64,000 nt of DNA from Planctomycetota bacterium (GTDB lineage Bacteria; Planctomycetota; UBA1135; UBA2386). Shown piece by piece: positions 58,496 through 64,000 of the stretch (positions are counted from its first letter, which is position 1; each line of letters starts with the position of its first letter). The notes under the pieces were generated by a model. The model was not told where the DNA came from. It ran no database searches and was given only the letters and a program-made list of their open reading frames with translations. The position numbers and the translations under genes were made by a program. The stretch lies in NCBI GenBank assembly GCA_965223545.1, contig OZ245006.1, positions 768,001-832,000 of the forward strand, written 5' to 3'.

Positions 58496-61179
58496 GGGAG
58501 TCGGGTGCCGGTGATGACGGCGGTGCCGTCGACCGCGATGGTAGCGCGCGACCACCAGGCGTCGCCCTCGAGCCAATCGATCGTGGTCGTCGTCACCGAG
58601 CCGGAAAGCGGATGGGTGCGCGAGAACCGGGCGGTCAGCGGGCGGGGCTGGCCGGCGCCATAGGTCAGCTGCTGCTGGAAGGCGGGCGTCCCCGTCAGCC
58701 GGGGCGTGAGCACCGTCGTTTGCGGAGCGCTGGACAACTCCGGAAAGTCGAGGATCAGCCCTCGCCCCAGTGGGTCGCCGCACCACATCCACGACCGCGC
58801 GGCGAAGGGGTTGTCGTGCGCGGCGATCACGGTCCCCGCGGCGTCGAGCACGCGCGCGCGCACCAAGGCCATGCGGTCGAGGTCGAAGGTCAGCCGCCAG
58901 TCGCCAAAGCCGTCCTGTGACGTGACCCGGACGTCCGCCAACGGCGGCGTGCGCGGGTTGTCATCGGCCGAGATCGACTCGACGAGATACTCGTACACCG
59001 AGTTGACCGCTGTCGTCGTGATTGCCGCGACCGCCTTGATCGGGACGGGCAGCTGGTAGGAGTACTGCACTCTCCAACGGTCGCCCACGCGCCACCGCGG
59101 CCAACGGGCCAGGGCGCGCGCCGAGGCCCCGGTCTCACTGCGAGCCGGGGCCGCTACTGCTGTCCTCGCCACCGGCACTCGGAACTCCGATCGCAGCGAC
59201 AGCCCCAGCCACGCCAGCCGATCGGCGCGGACCTCGGGATTGGACGTCGTCGCCGGTGGCACCTGGGCGGCAAACGCGCGGGCCGCGGGCCGCACGTCGG
59301 CGAGCAGCCACGGCACGAACCGGTCCGGCGGCTCGGGGGACGCCACCGGCGGATCGACGGTGAACGACCGCCAATTCTGCCGCACCTGCGCGCCACTCCC
59401 CGTGCTCAGCACACCATCCTCGAGGACCTCACCACTGGTGCCGTAGAGCAACAAGTACTCGGTGGCGAAGCGCAGCGGCCCCGGCGAAGACGGCGCGCTG
59501 GCGTCGCTGGGCGGCGCGTAGTCGTTGTTGGTCGTGAAGCGATTGACAACCTGGATCTGACGAATCGTCTCGGTCTCCGGGTCGCCGATCGCCGCCGGGT
59601 CCTCGCGCAACTCGGCGGTGTAGGAATAGCACGCCTGGTTCCAGACTTGCGGCGGCTGTGGCTGGTACTGGCCCCGCACCTTGCGCCACATCTGCGGGCC
59701 GTCGTGCTGCCGCAGAGTCATCGAGAACGGGACCGCTTGGTCCTTGAGCAGGCCGCGAAAGAAGTCGTGGAAGCGATGCACGCTGGCATCGATGGCATCC
59801 GTCGCCGCGGCCGTCGCGAGCTCGCCCTTCCTCGGATCGGCGATCTCCACTCCCTTCACCACCTGCCCGCCGAAGTACTCCGCCGCCAAGCCCTCCAACT
59901 CATCGTCCGAGAACCCGAGCGTCGCCCGCGGTTGCTCCAGCAGGATCGACGCGATCACCGCGCCGTGGCAGTGCCCCGCCCACCCCGGCTGCGCCGTCGA
60001 GCGGTGCCCGACGCTGCCGGGGGCCATGCACTGGCTGGCGCAATCGAGAGTCTCCCATGCCTGCGCCGCGCCGAACAGGCCAAAGAGGCTGTCGAACTTG
60101 GCCAGCGTGCCGTCGTAGAGGTTCGGGTCGGCGGCGTCGACGAGAGGATAGTACCAGTAGTCCCACGGGACCGATGAGGCGGTTCCCGTTTGCTCGAAGC
60201 GGGTGGAGACCACGTGCGACACGCCGCCGGTGCCGGCGACGTCGAAGGTGTACCAACCGTGAGCACCGTGCGGCACCGTATACGTCAGCGGCGAGGACAA
60301 CGGCACACCGACGTCGACTCCCTGTGGGGTCGTCAGCTTGCTGATCGCGCCGCGGTCGGTATCCAGCGTGAGCACGCCCCCCCACCGCGTGGGCACGTAG
60401 ACGCGGTACTGCCCGGGATCGAGGGTGGACACGACCGAGCCACCGAGCGGGACCTTGACGATGGCGGGCGACGGCGTCAACCGCACTTCGGTATAGGCGT
60501 CGGCGTACTGCCCCGTGCCGCCGATGGTGCAGGAGAAGTCGCTGCGGGTCTCGATGTCGAAGGTGTCCCCCACTTCGGCGTCGAACACGAAGACGAGGTC
60601 GTGCAACCAGCTCTCGCCCGTGCTGGCGTAGAGCGTGCGGCGGAACCACGGCGCGTTGGGTCGCTCGATGGCGACGTGCGTTCGGGCGTAGCCGGCACTG
60701 CTTCGCGCTTGCGCATACTGGCGAACATGCGCGTGGACGACGACGCCGCCGGCCGCTGGTCCCGACGCCGTCGGCACGACCAGCGCCCGCGTCCTCGCGC
60801 CGCAGGCAAACGAGTGGCCGCCCTGGGCCAGGCCCAAGCGCTGCGCCAGCGAGCGCTGGTAGAGGTGGGGTAGGGGCGGGGTCGGAGTCAGCCACGGCCC
60901 GCCGAGGGTGAACATCGAATCGACGGCGCCGGCATTGGTCTGGATGCGGTAGTTGCCGGTCACGACCGTCTGACAGCCGGTCGGCGGCGGATAGTACTCG
61001 ACGAGCGAACCCGGGAACGCGTGGGTGAAGGCACTCGTGCCGATCCCGGGAGCGACGACGCTGTGCGGGAGCAGCTCGTAGTCGATGAAGCGCAGCGCCA
61101 AACGCGGATTCTGAGCGAACGCGGTGCTGGCGAGCGCGAGGCCGGCGAGCAGGAGCCAGCAGCATTGCGAACGCGCCAT
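58492..61179 (-). CDS. Large secreted protein with a transglutaminase-elicitor (GP42)-like catalytic domain
   Basis: Signal peptide ending AFA-Q; PWDYWYYP, LAKFD, WAGHCHG, DDELEGL, FH, QVWNQACYSY. Confidence 0.7.
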   Translation of the reverse strand: MARSQCCWLLLAGLALASTAFAQNPRLALRFIDYELLPHSVVAPGIGTSAFTHAFPGSLVEYYPPPTGCQTVVTGNYRIQTNAGAVDSMFTLGGPWLTPTPPLPHLYQRSLAQRLGLAQGGHSFACGARTRALVVPTASGPAAGGVVVHAHVRQYAQARSSAGYARTHVAIERPNAPWFRRTLYASTGESWLHDLVFVFDAEVGDTFDIETRSDFSCTIGGTGQYADAYTEVRLTPSPAIVKVPLGGSVVSTLDPGQYRVYVPTRWGGVLTLDTDRGAISKLTTPQGVDVGVPLSSPLTYTVPHGAHGWYTFDVAGTGGVSHVVSTRFEQTGTASSVPWDYWYYPLVDAADPNLYDGTLAKFDSLFGLFGAAQAWETLDCASQCMAPGSVGHRSTAQPGWAGHCHGAVIASILLEQPRATLGFSDDELEGLAAEYFGGQVVKGVEIADPRKGELATAAATDAIDASVHRFHDFFRGLLKDQAVPFSMTLRQHDGPQMWRKVRGQYQPQPPQVWNQACYSYTAELREDPAAIGDPETETIRQIQVVNRFTTNNDYAPPSDASAPSSPGPLRFATEYLLLYGTSGEVLEDGVLSTGSGAQVRQNWRSFTVDPPVASPEPPDRFVPWLLADVRPAARAFAAQVPPATTSNPEVRADRLAWLGLSLRSEFRVPVARTAVAAPARSETGASARALARWPRWRVGDRWRVQYSYQLPVPIKAVAAITTTAVNSVYEYLVESISADDNPRTPPLADVRVTSQDGFGDWRLTFDLDRMALVRARVLDAAGTVIAAHDNPFAARSWMWCGDPLGRGLILDFPELSSAPQTTVLTPRLTGTPAFQQQLTYGAGQPRPLTARFSRTHPLSGSVTTTTIDWLEGDAWWSRATIAVDGTAVITGTRLP

Positions 61180-61201
61180 GGCTACCGGGATTCCGTACGT
61201 G

Positions 61202-63040
61202 CTACCAAGACTCATCGATGGCTTGGGTCGTGGGGTGCGCGGTTGCGATCACGCTGCCGGTGAGCGAGCCGCCGCCGGAGAACCGCACGGTGAGGCGGTC
61301 TCCGGGTCGGACCTCGATGCGCTGTAGCTGCAGGAGCGCCCTGCCTGAATCGACGGCAGCGACGACCACCCGACCGGTGGCCGGACGACCGCGCAGGAAC
61401 TCTTGGGCGGCGCGGCCGCCGGCGTAGTGCTGCCACTCGGCGACGTAGGTTCCGACGGGGTTGCCGATCTCCATCTTTGCCCAGACCGGCCCGGTCACCC
61501 AGCCGCCAACCGTGCCGCAGCGAGTGAGCGCGATGGCACCCAACTCGTCGTCTGCGGGCCGCTGCAGGCTCAGGAAGCCGCCCTTGCCCAGCACGACCAA
61601 GCCGCGCTCGATCGGCACTCCGCGCAGGCGAAACGCCCCGTCCTTGTCCGACCGAACGGCCGCCACGGGCACGTCCGCGCCGCTTGCGTGCGCGGTGCGC
61701 GGCGATCGGGAGTAGTAGACGCGGACGCCCTCGACCGCGACGCCGTCGCTCAGCACGCGCCCCACGCACTCGCGACCGCGCGCCAACGCAACGCGCACGG
61801 CATCGTCGTCATTCTGCACGTCGAGGGCGGCTTCGGCGAAGCCGTCGGCCAACACTCTCACCCGAGTGCGCCCGATCACCGACGGGAATTGCGCAATGCC
61901 GCGATCACCGCTGCGGGCCCGCGAGTAGGTGCCATTCTCGCCAAAGGCCCAGACTTCGGCGTCGGCAACCACGCGCCCCTCCGCCGCCGTCTCCACCAGC
62001 ACTTCGAGCGCGCGATCGCGCAGCACACGCAGATCGAGCGTGGACGCGGTGTCGATCGCCGACCAAAACTCCGCTGCCGGCCACGCCCCGGTCGCCTTCG
62101 CACCGGATTCGGTGACTCCGTCGACTCGATACCGGGCGCGCGCGAGCGGAACACTCTCGAGGCGGCAAAGCCCGTGCCGATCGGTGCGGACCTCCGGCAA
62201 CCAATCCAAGCGCAACCCGTAGACCTCGGCCAGGTCCAGGGGCCGGCCGCTCAGGACCTCGCCCGCGGCGGACAGCCGAATCTGCACGTCGCGGCCGCTT
62301 TCGACGCAGACACACTCGACGACGGTCTCCTCCGGGCTCGGCCACTTCACCAGCATTGCATAGCCGACGGGCGTCACGCGCAGCATCTCGACCGAGTCGC
62401 CGTCCGCCAGCGGGACGAGGGCCACACCGTCGCTTCCGGTCTCGGTCCTGCGGCTGCCGCGCGAGGTCTGCGCCCAGATCCGCGCGCGGACGGGCTCCAG
62501 GGTTCTGCCCATGACCCGGACCTCGAGATGCCGGGTCACCCGCCGAACGACGAGATCGCCGAACCTGGCGCTGCGAGCTGCGGCATCGGACAAAGGCGCG
62601 GCGGCGAAGCGCTCGTGCACGAACCGATCGTCGGCGGAGCCAGAGTAGACGTGCCCGTCGCGGGGCAGCGCACCGCGTTCGAGCGAGAGCGCATACTCAC
62701 CACCGCCGGTCGAGATCACCGAACTCAGCTCCGCCAGCTCGCCCGCATCGGAACGACCGAGGATCGCGACCGCGACACCGGCCAGGCCGACACCGGTTTC
62801 GTCGACGACGCGGCCGGCGAGGGAGACCGTGGCATCTGCGATGGGATCGGTCGGGGCGATCCGGTCGCCAGGAAGGCGTGAGCGCCGCTCAGGTAGGACA
62901 ACACGGGACGTGCCGCCGTCCGACGTCGAGTGGGTCGCAGCCGGCGAAGGTGTGCCTGCGGCGGGCGCCGCCGCGTTGAGCCAGGCCAACCAGGCGACAA
63001 GGAGCGCCATCGCGACACATGCGAACGCGGCTCGCTTCAT
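61202..63040 (-). CDS. Membrane-anchored carboxypeptidase-regulatory-like repeat protein
   Basis: N-terminal TM; GRVVDETGVGLAGV, TGSDGVA, RTDRHG, GRVLSDGVAVEGV, RSDKDGAFRLRGVP. Confidence 0.75.
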   Translation of the reverse strand: MKRAAFACVAMALLVAWLAWLNAAAPAAGTPSPAATHSTSDGGTSRVVLPERRSRLPGDRIAPTDPIADATVSLAGRVVDETGVGLAGVAVAILGRSDAGELAELSSVISTGGGEYALSLERGALPRDGHVYSGSADDRFVHERFAAAPLSDAAARSARFGDLVVRRVTRHLEVRVMGRTLEPVRARIWAQTSRGSRRTETGSDGVALVPLADGDSVEMLRVTPVGYAMLVKWPSPEETVVECVCVESGRDVQIRLSAAGEVLSGRPLDLAEVYGLRLDWLPEVRTDRHGLCRLESVPLARARYRVDGVTESGAKATGAWPAAEFWSAIDTASTLDLRVLRDRALEVLVETAAEGRVVADAEVWAFGENGTYSRARSGDRGIAQFPSVIGRTRVRVLADGFAEAALDVQNDDDAVRVALARGRECVGRVLSDGVAVEGVRVYYSRSPRTAHASGADVPVAAVRSDKDGAFRLRGVPIERGLVVLGKGGFLSLQRPADDELGAIALTRCGTVGGWVTGPVWAKMEIGNPVGTYVAEWQHYAGGRAAQEFLRGRPATGRVVVAAVDSGRALLQLQRIEVRPGDRLTVRFSGGGSLTGSVIATAHPTTQAIDESW

Positions 63041-63339
63041 CGAGGACGAGGTTAGCCCGGGGCTCGCAGGTGATCGCCCCCTACGCCGTCCGATGGACTC
63101 GCCGGGCTCCTCCCACCCCAGATTCGGTAAATCTTGCCGATTCGACTTTCCATGGCCGGGGCGCGCATCGCTTGGTGTTTGGTCCAGTACGTCGGCAGAT
63201 CGTGTGCACAAGCTGCACGAGTCACTGCACCCCGGGTTGACAACTCCAAGCGTTTAGGCAACTTATAGTCCCGAAACTAGGAGTTTCCCCCTACCCTCTT
63301 CCCAGGGTCGGTTTCGCGTTAGCCCCTTTCCACACCACC

Positions 63340-64000
63340 ATGATGCATCGCACTCACTCTTCCCCCTGGCGCGGTCGCCGAGTCCTGGTCACCGGCGCCT
63401 GTGGCACGGTCGGCAAGGAGCTGATCCGTTATCTGGCCACCCAAGGCGTCCGTGAAATTGTCGGCGTTGACAACAACGAGAGTGCGCTGTTCTTCATGGA
63501 CAACAAGTACCAAGATTTGCGGAATGCGCGCTTCTACCACTGCGACATCTGCGACTTGGGTAGCCTGTCGTCGCTGGTCGCGGGCGTGGACACGATCTTG
63601 CACACGGCTGCACTCAAGCACGTCTCCCTTTGCGAACGGTCTCCCCGCAGCGCGGTTGAGGCCAACATCGCGGGGGTCCAGAACGTGATCGAGGCTGCAC
63701 AGCAGCACTCGGTGGAACGTGTGCTGTTCACTTCGTCCGACAAGGCGGTCAACCCGACGAGCGTGATGGGCACGACCAAGCTCATGGGCGAACGCCTGAT
63801 GACCTCCGCCCAGGCACACCAGCGCAACTCGAGGACGGTGTTCGCGTCGACGCGGTTCGGCAACGTGTTGGGCAGCCGAGGCTCGGTGATTCCCCTGTTC
63901 CAGCGACAGATCGCCGAGGGCGGCCCCGTGACGCTGACCAGCAAGGCGATGACTCGCTTCGTCATGACCCTCGAACAAGCGGCACGGTTGGTGACCGACT
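63340..64000 (+). CDS. Soluble NDP-sugar 4,6-dehydratase (Polysacc_synt_2 family), 3'-partial
   Basis: Read directly from the DNA (absent from the ORF track because there is no stop): VLVTGACGTVG, HTAALKHV, SSDKAVNPTSVMGTTK, RFGNVLGSRGSVIPLF. Confidence 0.93.
   Translation, partial: MMHRTHSSPWRGRRVLVTGACGTVGKELIRYLATQGVREIVGVDNNESALFFMDNKYQDLRNARFYHCDICDLGSLSSLVAGVDTILHTAALKHVSLCERSPRSAVEANIAGVQNVIEAAQQHSVERVLFTSSDKAVNPTSVMGTTKLMGERLMTSAQAHQRNSRTVFASTRFGNVLGSRGSVIPLFQRQIAEGGPVTLTSKAMTRFVMTLEQAARLVTD

Noticed and set aside
32384..63300. Prophage, integrative element or anti-phage defence system after ssrA
   Set aside because: No integrase, transposase, phage structural, nuclease or defence motifs recognised in any ORF

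Overview
High-GC bacterial chromosome segment. The gene repertoire (Tat-exported Gfo/Idh/MocA proteins, an ECF sigma factor with a long C-terminal extension, many carboxypeptidase-regulatory-like proteins, a membrane sulfatase-like protein) suggests a Planctomycetota-like organism; this is an inference. In order: ruvB (5'-partial) and tgt; a perfect 131-bp palindrome; two GT-C-type membrane glycosyltransferases; a tightly coupled operon (Tat oxidoreductase, ApbE, second Tat oxidoreductase, CxxCH membrane protein, hydrolase, type II thioesterase, methyltransferase); a ~17-kb Wzx/Wzy polysaccharide locus (14.5-31.9 kb); tmRNA; a ~31-kb accessory region of secreted or membrane-anchored proteins; and the start of a second sugar-nucleotide gene at the right edge. 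Top observations: (1) two paralogous nucleotidyltransferase-kinase proteins in the polysaccharide locus, each keeping only one of the two active sites, beside a Wzc lacking its Walker A lysine; (2) a secreted GP42/Pep-13-type transglutaminase-like protein; (3) a 166-bp MITE-like rod-shaped hairpin with 18-bp terminal inverted repeats; (4) a putative extracytoplasmic NAD/flavin/heme module; (5) a stop-codon-anchored REP-like repeat family. All calls are by eye from motifs; no searches were run, and several start codons are best guesses.
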